64,000 bases of DNA from an uncultured virus (IMG/VR IMGVR_UViG_3300011472_000011) (IMGVR_UViG_3300011472_000011:1-64000); one strand, 5' to 3'; shown: positions 38,893 through 47,370, counted from the first letter of the stretch. A program made the numbers and translations. Notes: generated by a model not told the origin, from the letters alone.

Positions 38893-39474
38893 TTAAGTTC
38901 GCTTGTTCCATATTTTGATTACATCTTCTATTTTACCTTGAACTGTATGTATCCCACAATTTGGACACTGTATATATACTGTGTCATCATAACAATCATC
39001 ATTGTATATATAACTTTTACTTCCACAAAATGGACACGGTAAAAGTTCGTTTAGCTTCATTTCCTTGTCAATCTCATATCTAAAATTATGAACAATTTCA
39101 TGAATCAAAGATAAAAATAAATTCTGACTGTCTTTATCAGCGATATAATGTAAATAACTCGGCATTTCATTAACCATTCTCTCAAGTGAATCTAATGTTT
39201 TAGTTTTTTCTTCTTTGTACCTTACCATTCTTATCTCTCTGAGTATTTCGTCTTCTTTGTCCATGATATTTTCAATCAATTTATCAAATAATATCTTTAT
39301 CATCTCTTCTTCACTCTCACTGAGATATGAAAATATATCATATTTCAATGATTCATTCATTACATTATGGGCTACCTGAAAGTCAAGCATGTTGTTAAAT
39401 AATTTAGTCTGACCTGTGAGATTATTGACTTCCATATGCTTTTTTATAGTTTCTATTTCTTTAGAAAAATCCAT
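38893..39474 (-). CDS. protein with C-terminal Lar (restriction alleviation)-like zinc domain
   Basis: LLPCPFCG...IQCPNCG...WNKR. Confidence 0.6.
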   Translation of the reverse strand: MDFSKEIETIKKHMEVNNLTGQTKLFNNMLDFQVAHNVMNESLKYDIFSYLSESEEEMIKILFDKLIENIMDKEDEILREIRMVRYKEEKTKTLDSLERMVNEMPSYLHYIADKDSQNLFLSLIHEIVHNFRYEIDKEMKLNELLPCPFCGSKSYIYNDDCYDDTVYIQCPNCGIHTVQGKIEDVIKIWNKRT

Positions 39475-39517
39475 TTACTTTCCTCCTTATATTCAACATT
39501 CGCGATATCATCACACT

Positions 39518-39715
39518 CTATACAGTTGCATACCAGTACAATTCCATTGCTGATTTAATTGTTTCAAGATTTGTAAATATTAAATCCCAATTTTTCTTAG
39601 GAATTTCCCAACAAATCCTGCTTACCAATCCATTGAAATACACAAGGTACCTATTTCCACGTTTAACAAGCTCTATTTTTAAATTTTCTTCTTTGAGTTT
39701 TATGCCCTTGCACAT
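39518..39715 (-). CDS. hypothetical protein
   Basis: AAGGAGG RBS, 65 aa. Confidence 0.5.
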   Translation of the reverse strand: MCKGIKLKEENLKIELVKRGNRYLVYFNGLVSRICWEIPKKNWDLIFTNLETIKSAMELYWYATV

Positions 39716-39797
39716 ATTTTTCCTCCTTAAAAGTTAAAGTACCGAGTTTTATACATATGAAACCAACTAACATTGCAAGAATAACATCCATCTATTA

Positions 39798-40536
39798 TTA
39801 AACCTCAATTCCAGTAATTTCTTTGAATATACGAGCATCAAAGTTCGGTAAATCTTTTACAGCTTGTCTATCCGATTCGGTAAGATTTGCCCACATTATT
39901 TTACAAGCTTCTTTGTAGCTTACTGTTTTCAAATATCCACCTGTTATAGAATAATCAGGATGTGCAGCCTTTTCCTTTTCTGTCATATTCTCAGACCATA
40001 TCCACCAATTATTTTCAAAATTCCAATTCAATACTTTCATACCTTTTAGATTTTGAATTTCCTCGTATATTAAATCTACTGGTTTTTCGAACATAGTCAT
40101 TTGTGGAGTTGTAGTATTGAAAAATCCTGTATTGCCAACTACCAGAGTTCTCATTACCAGAGTTCTCATTACCAGAGTTCCTATTACCAGAGTTCTCATT
40201 ACCAGAGTTCCCGATTCCGGTACAATCTTTTCCAGTATTTACAAGCTCAAGAACCTCATGCCATGTTAATTCCCTTATAATTTCAAGCTTATTTGTGCAG
40301 CATTTGTCTCCTTCTTCAACAGTATCACCATAAGCAATAATTTCTGCGACTTTGTTGTTAGAATCAAAATCATAATAATTGAAACAATCAACTGCTCTTC
40401 TGCAAAAATGCATTCCTGTTCCACATCTAACTGGTATTACATCTTCCTCAAACTTCCCTGGACAACTATATTGCTTTGTATTTCCATTTGGTGAGCATGT
40501 CCAATTTGAATTAAATACTTTATAACCTATTATCAT
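39798..40536 (-). pseudogene. phage pentapeptide-repeat (NSGNx) protein, frameshifted just after the repeats
   Basis: N-part GYKVF...GMHFC...NTG..(NSGNE)n in one frame; C-part NTGFFNT...LPNFDA.IF.EITGI in another. Confidence 0.7.
40141..40210. repeat. 15-bp tandem repeat, about 4.7 copies (ACCAGAGTTCTCATT)
   Basis: Direct reading; encodes NSGNE/NSGNR. Confidence 0.9.
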
Positions 40537-40568
40537 TTTTATTTCCTCCTCTTTATTTGTAATTTTAT

Positions 40569-40673
40569 TCATATTAGTTTAGTCATTTGACCAATAGCAT
40601 ATAAGTGACCATATCTTTCATCTGTATTCAAATCTTCTCTTACTTTAACTTTATCGCCTATTTTGTATTTCAT
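40569..40673 (-). pseudogene. 34-aa truncated ORF resembling the N-terminus of 34359..35000
   Basis: AGGAGG RBS; MKYKIGDKVKVREDL...YG. Confidence 0.5.
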
Positions 40674-40683
40674 TTTTATCCTC

Positions 40684-40791
40684 CTAATATAAATCAAATA
40701 CTGTACACAGAATACTTGGCAAAATAAAAAGCATAAATATAACAAACATGCCTTGAATTAGATATATAATTTTATCTTTAAGATTTTCCAT
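40684..40791 (-). CDS. 35-aa membrane peptide, not in ORF track
   Basis: MENLKDKIIYLIQGMFVIFMLFILPSILCTVFDLY; AGGT RBS. Confidence 0.5.
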   Translation of the reverse strand: MENLKDKIIYLIQGMFVIFMLFILPSILCTVFDLY

Positions 40792-40800
40792 TTTGTTTAC

Positions 40801-40992
40801 CTACTTTATAAACTTAATGAAAGCTATTATAATAATAACTAACACAATTAATAATGTTATCCAAATTGGAGACAATACCCACACCCATGACCACGTAATT
40901 TTATTTAGTAGTTTCAGTGCTATAAATATAATTGTCAATAGTCCTACAAATCCTATACCTCCGCTTGAACTTGAATTATTTTTATTATTCAT
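40801..40992 (-). CDS. small two-TM phage membrane protein
   Basis: SSGGIGF.GLLTIIFIALKL...I.WSW.WVLSP.W family pattern. Confidence 0.7.
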   Translation of the reverse strand: MNNKNNSSSSGGIGFVGLLTIIFIALKLLNKITWSWVWVLSPIWITLLIVLVIIIIAFIKFIK

Positions 40993-41025
40993 CTCTACCT
41001 TCCTATCCTCCGTTTTATCTCCAAT

Positions 41026-41054
41026 AAAAAAGTAGATTCCATGCAAGAACCTAC
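41026..41054 (-). terminator. intrinsic terminator
   Basis: GTAGGTTC-TTGCATG-GAATCTAC-TTTTTT. Confidence 0.65.
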
Positions 41055-41255
41055 CTTAAAAGGAGTATTATGTTTGGCATTGTTATGCTATCGCATAGCA
41101 TTTTCATACCATTTAAAGACACAATTTAAGCCGGAATTTAAAGCAGAATTATATCCTTAAATTTTATGAAAATTTGGGCAGATTCCAAGCTGGAGATTCT
41201 GCCCTGTAAGTATTATACGGAACCTCCTCTCGCTATTTAATTTTAAGTAAGATTG

Positions 41256-41930
41256 TTATTCGTATAATTCAGCTAATTTATTTTCAGATTCAGCTTTTTT
41301 ACTCTTATTCTCTGTAATCTTGGCATTTATAATTGCTTTATCCTCATCATTATTTACCAATTTTAATGCAGATTCTAATTCCGCAATTTTGTCTTGTAAA
41401 GTATTAACCTTTTTAGTCAAATTACGTTTGGCCCTGATAATCCTTGCTTCTTCTTCTGTTAATACTTCTTTATTTGCAAGTTTTATTCCTAGCATTATTT
41501 CAATATTCTTTCTGAACATATTTACGCTATTTATGGCATTATTTTTTAAGCCATCCTCATCATTCATGAACTTACTTGTAAAGGATACAATATCCTCAAC
41601 ATCTTTGTTGCATACGAAAATAGTTTCGTCTTCTGCCTTAGTATAGTCAATTACTATTTTGTAATATGTAAATATCTTACTACTTAAAGTATTAAGTTTT
41701 TTACTGTCAACTTCCTTTGAGTGCTTATAAGTAACATATTCAACTGCTGAATTGTAAAGTTTTTCAATGTCTTTTTTATAAGTGTTAAATATTACTTCAC
41801 TTATTCCGGCTTCTTTAAAGCTCTTTAATGATAATGCATTCTTATTTCCGTTTTCCCTTGCTATCAATAACATTTGCTGTAATTTCTCAAAGTTTCTTTC
41901 TGATTTAAAGTTGTTTAATATTTTTTCCAT
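41256..41930 (-). CDS. hypothetical protein, first gene of the leftward early arm
   Basis: 224 aa, AAGGAG RBS, C-terminal coiled coil. Confidence 0.65.
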   Translation of the reverse strand: MEKILNNFKSERNFEKLQQMLLIARENGNKNALSLKSFKEAGISEVIFNTYKKDIEKLYNSAVEYVTYKHSKEVDSKKLNTLSSKIFTYYKIVIDYTKAEDETIFVCNKDVEDIVSFTSKFMNDEDGLKNNAINSVNMFRKNIEIMLGIKLANKEVLTEEEARIIRAKRNLTKKVNTLQDKIAELESALKLVNNDEDKAIINAKITENKSKKAESENKLAELYE

Positions 41931-41944
41931 AGTTTTTAATACTC

Positions 41945-42395
41945 CTTTTTTATTTAATTAAGCATTTTAAATGCTTTATAAAGGATATAAACAGTATTTA
42001 ATTTATATCCTTGAAAAACACTTAAAAGTGTCTAAATCGTCCGGATATAGTATAAGTTAATTACTTATACATGGTATTTTAAATCGTTCACGTGTTCACC
42101 TTTTAACACTTCGGGAATAGTCAGCTTTTAATTAACAGTTTCGACACTGTAACGTTCATTATTGATTAAAAGTCTAGAAATCAGACTTAAACGCTTTATC
42201 TGCCTATATTCTATAATTCATCTACCACATGAATTATAAGTCTTGCCTTGTCCGGCAAAATATCAGTTTATAACGTGTTTTATTGTTCCACGTTCTGCAA
42301 GGTCACTATATAGATATACTATACTTACAGATACATATGTGATTGTCAATGTTCAGCTTTGATTGAGCTAATGTAGTTAAGCATCACTCACTCTA
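41945..42395 (-). ncRNA. putative long structured leader RNA with boxA-like motif
   Basis: ORF-free, about 10 inverted repeats; GAACATTGACAATCACAT at 42354-42337. Confidence 0.45.
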
Positions 42396-43463
42396 TTAAT
42401 ATTATATAAGCTTGTGTTTTACTCAATTAAGAGTAATTTACTTGACTGTAGCGCTGTCGGCGGTAATCGGTGAAAACTGATTACATTAACAGTATAAAGC
42501 TTTATAAAAATAATGCACTCACGAAATAAGTTCATTTAATATTATATAAGCTTGTTATTTAAAATGTATGTAATACAATCTTATGTAATCTTAAAATTGC
42601 TTCAAATATCTCTTAATTACTCTGTTTTTCTAATTTAATATCTAAAAAACGTTGAAATTTCAACATAAAATAATTTGATAGATTTTTTAAATATTTTTAA
42701 GTTTTTCTTTATTACAGATTGAAATAAGGACAAATCATTGAAATATCAATGTAAAATAGAATTAAGAATGTCTTGAATAAAATAATTGTTTTATTATTAT
42801 GTGTAATAAGATTAAGTTAAGAGTTTATATAAGCAGCATTAATGTATATTTGTGTATAATGTAGTAATTGCAATATATTGGATAGTGTTTTTTAGTCTAG
42901 AATAGGTATGTTATTTACTTATCTGAATAAAATTGAATAGATATACATTACTTGATGCATATTTATTAAATATTGCTTGATACAGGTTTGAATGTATTGG
43001 TGTAATAGTTTATTAGTATACTGGTTGGAGGTGCAAAATTATTTGCACTTGTTTGTGTATTATTCAAAATAGTACAGTTTCTGATTCAATACTCTATCTG
43101 ATATGAAGTATTGTCTGCTGCAAATATCATGCAATAATTTGCACATGTATCATAATCGTTATTATCATACATTGACAGGGGGCATTAAACTTCGAACGCT
43201 TATTTGTCTCTGACTCCAAATCGGCGGGGGTACCCATCAATCAAAATGTTCCATTTTCATATCTCTCCTATCCCCTTTTCTATATTAAATTCCAACGATT
43301 TTTTATAACACTATATTTTAAATCGCCTAACCTTTTTGTTAATCTTATCAACTTATAATATTTGTTCTTATATTCTAAACTTTTATTTATTATTGACCGC
43401 ATATCAAAATCATCTATTGTATTTTATCACACAACTTTAACTAAATAATGACAATTTTTCAAT

Positions 43464-43489
43464 AAAAAAGACTACATTTAAGTAGTCTT
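43464..43489 (-). terminator. intrinsic terminator of the moron cassette
   Basis: AAGACTAC-TTAAAT-GTAGTCTT-TTTT. Confidence 0.65.
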
Positions 43490-43498
43490 AAAAATAAT

Positions 43499-43765
43499 TT
43501 AATATTCAGTATTCCTTCTTCGCTTAATTTGTGCTGCTGATCCTGTTAGCCTTCTTGATTGATTTCTTTTTGGTCTACGTATTATTGGCATAGGAGGCAC
43601 ATCAGGCTGAATAGGTGCTGTAAGTTTAGATACAGCTTCATGGTCACTGCTTTCTTTGACATAGAAAGCACCTTCCTGTAATTCTTCACATGTTAACTCA
43701 TTGTAACTTGATCTTTTTGACCTATATTGTGATTTATTAGGCTTCTTCGGATACTTCTTTGGCAT
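43499..43765 (-). CDS. small basic hypothetical protein
   Basis: 88 aa, K/R/P-rich, overlaps the upstream gene. Confidence 0.45.
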   Translation of the reverse strand: MPKKYPKKPNKSQYRSKRSSYNELTCEELQEGAFYVKESSDHEAVSKLTAPIQPDVPPMPIIRRPKRNQSRRLTGSAAQIKRRRNTEY

Positions 43766-44267
43766 AATCCCACTCTACTCCCTTGTTTAGATTTTTAAAA
43801 TAAGCATCTCTTTTCTTTTTAGCTATATTATTTATTTCTTCATTTTCTTGTTCTAAATCATCTTTCTTTAGATATCTGTCAGTACAATCTAACCATTTTT
43901 TTTCATATTCTGAACATTTATTATTTATTTCATCTTCTGTTGTCTCATCATTGAACGAAAAAAAAGTATTCTCCATATCTTCATAAATAATATCTAGTCT
44001 ACTAATAGCTTCATTCAATTCTGTAATTCTATTTTGAAATGGCAAGTATGGCTGAACTACTTTCACTATTTCCGAAATAACAATTATAGAAGCATATACC
44101 TTAGCATAATTATTATCTATAAACCATACGGCAAGTGATCCAGATGCGGCTAATGCAGTACATAAATTAATCCACCATTCAATAGAAAGACATCTCCTTC
44201 GGTGTTCTTCAAAAAAATATATTTCGTATTTCTTTTGTGTTAACGAAGTCCAAAATCTACCTTTCAT
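43737..44267 (-). CDS. two-TM protein, SLATT-like
   Basis: Basic helix, two adjacent TMs, then helical tail (SLATT architecture). Confidence 0.5.
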   Translation of the reverse strand: MKGRFWTSLTQKKYEIYFFEEHRRRCLSIEWWINLCTALAASGSLAVWFIDNNYAKVYASIIVISEIVKVVQPYLPFQNRITELNEAISRLDIIYEDMENTFFSFNDETTEDEINNKCSEYEKKWLDCTDRYLKKDDLEQENEEINNIAKKKRDAYFKNLNKGVEWDYAKEVSEEA

Positions 44268-44275
44268 GCATCCCC

Positions 44276-45016
44276 CTAAAAAACCTTATCAAAAGAATAA
44301 TAATTAATATAATTCTCCATATATTTGTCCACAAACTCATTAGAACATTCTCTCAAATACTCTTCAAGAGTTAATCCGCTACTTTCTGTATACAAATCTG
44401 TTTTATTATCTATATAATCATAGTAGTTATCTATAACTTTATTCATTATTTCATCGGTTGGTATGCTGCTACCAAGTATTGTATTTTGTATATTGACATC
44501 TTTCGCTATGACCCACTCATTATTAACTTTATTAAGCGTTATATTTAATGAAGTGCTTCTTATATTATCAATATTTCTATTAACTATATATGTAGTTAAC
44601 TCTTTGGCTTTATCTTCATTAATGTCATCATTCATTATCATAAAATTAAGGAACATCTCCATTTCATAATAAGATTTAGCCATATCAACACCTGTTATTT
44701 CTATTTCAGCGAATGCTTTGTCTTTAGTATCATTTACAGTAATATCATATACCTGATAATCAACTCTTTTAGCTATTAATTTACTACTCTCGTCTGTAGG
44801 ATATTTGATTTCTCCTAATAAAAAATCACCACCAAAATATTTATCAATATCATTTTTATTATACTCTGAAATAGCTGTAAAGGTTTGCTTTATAGCTTCA
44901 TATACTTCATTTTCGTCTGCTGATTTATGTTTCTGCTCTGTTAAAGAATCTACTGCTGACGAGCATGATGTCAAAATGGTTATCAATGCGATAAGTAATA
45001 TTAGTATTTTTTTCAA
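44276..45016 (-). CDS. lipoprotein
   Basis: MKK + hydrophobic stretch + LTSC lipobox; NTF2-like ending L.K.N.EWVI. Confidence 0.75.
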   Translation of the reverse strand: MKKILILLIALITILTSCSSAVDSLTEQKHKSADENEVYEAIKQTFTAISEYNKNDIDKYFGGDFLLGEIKYPTDESSKLIAKRVDYQVYDITVNDTKDKAFAEIEITGVDMAKSYYEMEMFLNFMIMNDDINEDKAKELTTYIVNRNIDNIRSTSLNITLNKVNNEWVIAKDVNIQNTILGSSIPTDEIMNKVIDNYYDYIDNKTDLYTESSGLTLEEYLRECSNEFVDKYMENYINYYSFDKVF

Positions 45017-45046
45017 TTATATTTCCTCCATACTCCCTTTTTGGTA

Positions 45047-45075
45047 ATTATAGTATAGCAATTATTCACAGTCAA
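45047..45075 (-). promoter_or_regulatory. sigma-A promoter of the moron cassette
   Basis: TTGACT-17 bp-TATAAT. Confidence 0.7.
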
Positions 45076-45808
45076 ATCAATGTATTTTTCAATATACTAC
45101 TTAACATATCCTTTTGCATTTACTTTTGTACAAACTCATATTTTCATTGAAATTTCAATAGATAGGTCAATTTAAGACATCATATATAAAAAACATTGAA
45201 AAATGGACATTCCTTACTTTATTTCATGTTGAAATACCATAAATTCACAAAGTTATTTTTACGGTCGATTAAATATACGACCACATATTAACTTTCGTTA
45301 AAATGCATTTAAACGTGTGACATAGGAACAAGAAAACTTAAGAATGATATAATTTATGACAGAGTTTTTTTTAGCACAGGTATATGTAATATTGTGAAGT
45401 GGCACAGTTTTAATTTTTTAATTATGTATTGCTTTATATGTTTTATTTATGCTTAATACTATTATTACTTTTAAGCTTACCTTTAGTGGGTGCTATGTAT
45501 GTATTACTTATATAACTTCCCTGGAGCTGAAGGCTCTCAAAGATATAAACGATATAAGTTAACCGAAATGTGCGGCTTTTTAAAAAATTTTTTAGTTATA
45601 AATTTTAGTCAAAAATGTTTATCTGCAATTTTCAATGAAAGTCCAAATATTGTTACAAAACCTTAACATTATTAACTGCACATTTGTTTTATATTACGAT
45701 TTTTATAAATTAATAAAAATCTAATAAAATTCGCACACTTTTTCATACTTATATCGTTTATATATATAGAAGGATTATTTATATAATATTATATATAAGG
45801 AGATATTT

Positions 45809-46018
45809 ATGACACTAACAGAAATTATAAAAAGATTAGAAGCGAATTTAATGTGCAGAGGAAATTGTGACAAATGTTATTTATCAAAATATGAAAGTTG
45901 TTCAAGTGCTTATGAAGCAGCTGAAGAAGCAGCTATAAAAGTTATGAAAGATGTTATAAAATTTAACCATTGCGAATCAGCTTGTTCAGATTGTGTCATA
46001 TTAGATAAATATATATAA
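45809..46018 (+). CDS. small Cys-rich protein, first gene of the rightward arm
   Basis: AAGGAG RBS; C...C..C motifs. Confidence 0.6.
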   Translation: MTLTEIIKRLEANLMCRGNCDKCYLSKYESCSSAYEAAEEAAIKVMKDVIKFNHCESACSDCVILDKYI

Positions 46019-46057
46019 AACGCAATCTTATTTAAACTTAAATTATAAAGAGGGCAA

Positions 46058-46222
46058 ATGAAAAATATAATTGAAGAAAATAAAAATGAATTATGTATAG
46101 TCTGTAAACGTAAATGCTGGCAAAAAAATAATATTGTTATTACTTCATGTTCATATATAAAAGAGAATTCTGAAGGGTCAAAATTGGCAAATAAACTATT
46201 CAAGGAATACGTGAAGAAATAA
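46058..46222 (+). CDS. 54-aa Cys-containing protein, not in ORF track
   Basis: GAGGG RBS; MKNIIEENKNELCIVCKRKCWQ... Confidence 0.5.
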   Translation: MKNIIEENKNELCIVCKRKCWQKNNIVITSCSYIKENSEGSKLANKLFKEYVKK

Positions 46223-46233
46223 CTCACATAGAG

Positions 46234-46590
46234 GTGGCAGATATGAAATATAAAATTGATTATGATTATGAATATGAAAATGAAAAGTTTATCCAATGTA
46301 TGATAAGGGGATTTGCTGATTTAAAAGCACAGTCAGAAGCTAAATCAGATTATGAAATGCTCAGTAAGCTTATAGATATTGAAGATGCAATATATAATAG
46401 CGGGTTTAGTAAAAGAATAATTAGGATATTAGAGCTTTATACCGGTGGCTTTTTAGAAAGAGAAATAGCTGAAATTATGGGTGTATCTCAACAGGCAGTC
46501 AATCTAAATGTTAAAGAAGCATGTAAGATGATATCAAAATACTTAGTAAAAAGAAAAGTTAATGAATTGGAGAAACAATATGCGACTTAA
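46234..46590 (+). CDS. sigma-70 region 4-like HTH regulator (candidate late activator)
   Basis: L....GF.EREIAEIMGVSQQAVN. Confidence 0.7.
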   Translation: MADMKYKIDYDYEYENEKFIQCMIRGFADLKAQSEAKSDYEMLSKLIDIEDAIYNSGFSKRIIRILELYTGGFLEREIAEIMGVSQQAVNLNVKEACKMISKYLVKRKVNELEKQYAT

Positions 46591-46933
46591 ATTACATGAA
46601 TGCACTGTTGATCTGCCTAGCGGATTAAGCGTAGAAGAAAGAAATAATTTTGTAAAAAATATATTAGAAGAATATCCAGGTAATTTTATCACAACTGGAG
46701 ATTTAGGAATAGATAAATTGCCGAATATAAGACTTGATATTTTAGCTACTTACATTTTACAAGGGGTTAAAGATATAAGAAAGGATAAAACGATTATGAG
46801 CCGATATAAGGAAAAACGTAGACCTTTTCAAGAGACAGTTATTAGCAATTTATCAAATAAGCAAAAGAGCGGAAATTTAGGATTAAAAAATAAATATTAT
46901 AGCATTAATGATGAAATATATAAAAATTATTGA
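46562..46933 (+). CDS. hypothetical protein
   Basis: ORF coupled to the regulator. Confidence 0.55.
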   Translation: MNWRNNMRLKLHECTVDLPSGLSVEERNNFVKNILEEYPGNFITTGDLGIDKLPNIRLDILATYILQGVKDIRKDKTIMSRYKEKRRPFQETVISNLSNKQKSGNLGLKNKYYSINDEIYKNY

Positions 46934-46994
46934 TATTTTACTTGTAAAATAGCTTTTTTATGGACTTATATTAATATACGATACAAAGTTTTGT

Positions 46995-47071
46995 CTGGGT
47001 GTAGTGAAGTCAGGTATCACGGATGATTTGGGATCATCAGGTCGCAGGTTCAAATCCTGCCACTCAGACCA
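46995..47071 (+). tRNA. tRNA-Pro (TGG)
   Basis: Acceptor CTGGGTG/CACTCAG, anticodon stem GATGA/TCATC with loop TTTGGGA, GGTTCAAATCC, encoded CCA. Confidence 0.92.
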
Positions 47072-47114
47072 TAACGATCAGGCTCATGTTCCTTACGAGG
47101 ACTGGGCTAATTAT

Positions 47115-47190
47115 ATACGGGTAGCTCAGTTGGTAGAGCGTTGGTTTGAAGAGCCAAGCGTCGTGGGTTCGAGCCCCACCCTGTATGCCA
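47115..47190 (+). tRNA. tRNA-Phe (GAA), atypical identity elements
   Basis: Acceptor ATACGGG/CCTGTAT, D-arm TAGCTCAGTTGGTAGAGC, loop TTGAAGA, GGTTCGAGCCC, encoded CCA. Confidence 0.85.
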
Positions 47191-47257
47191 TGAGATATAC
47201 TCTTTTTGGATTCCAAATCCTTTTGAGAGATACAGTTATCAAAATGTTAAAACTTGG

Positions 47258-47340
47258 TTGCTATGTCTGTTTGATTTTTTTGTTTATAGTGTCTGTACTT
47301 TTAATTACCTCCTATGTTTTTTTGCAAGCAGGCATAGCAA
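47258..47340 (+). ncRNA. putative sRNA hairpin with anti-Shine-Dalgarno loop
   Basis: 16-bp stem (2 G-U) enclosing a 51-nt U-rich loop with ACCTCCT at 47307-47313. Confidence 0.5.
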
Positions 47341-47370
47341 TATATAATACGGAAAGGAAAGGTTTAATAG

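Noticed and set aside
40141..40210. Tandem repeat as a CRISPR array or DGR template
   Set aside because: Contiguous 15-mers without spacers, coding in frame; no reverse transcriptase or TR/VR pair seen
24347..41930. Arbitrium quorum-sensing genes (aimR/aimP)
   Set aside because: No TPR-type receptor or signal-peptide propeptide gene recognised in the window
42085..42300. Canonical parS (TGTTNCACGTGAAACA)
   Set aside because: Only half-site matches (GTTCACGTG, TGTTCCACGT); these are better explained as hairpin arms
47072..47250. tRNA-associated HDV-like (theta) ribozyme
   Set aside because: Both tRNAs encode CCA, and no nested double pseudoknot could be identified by eye
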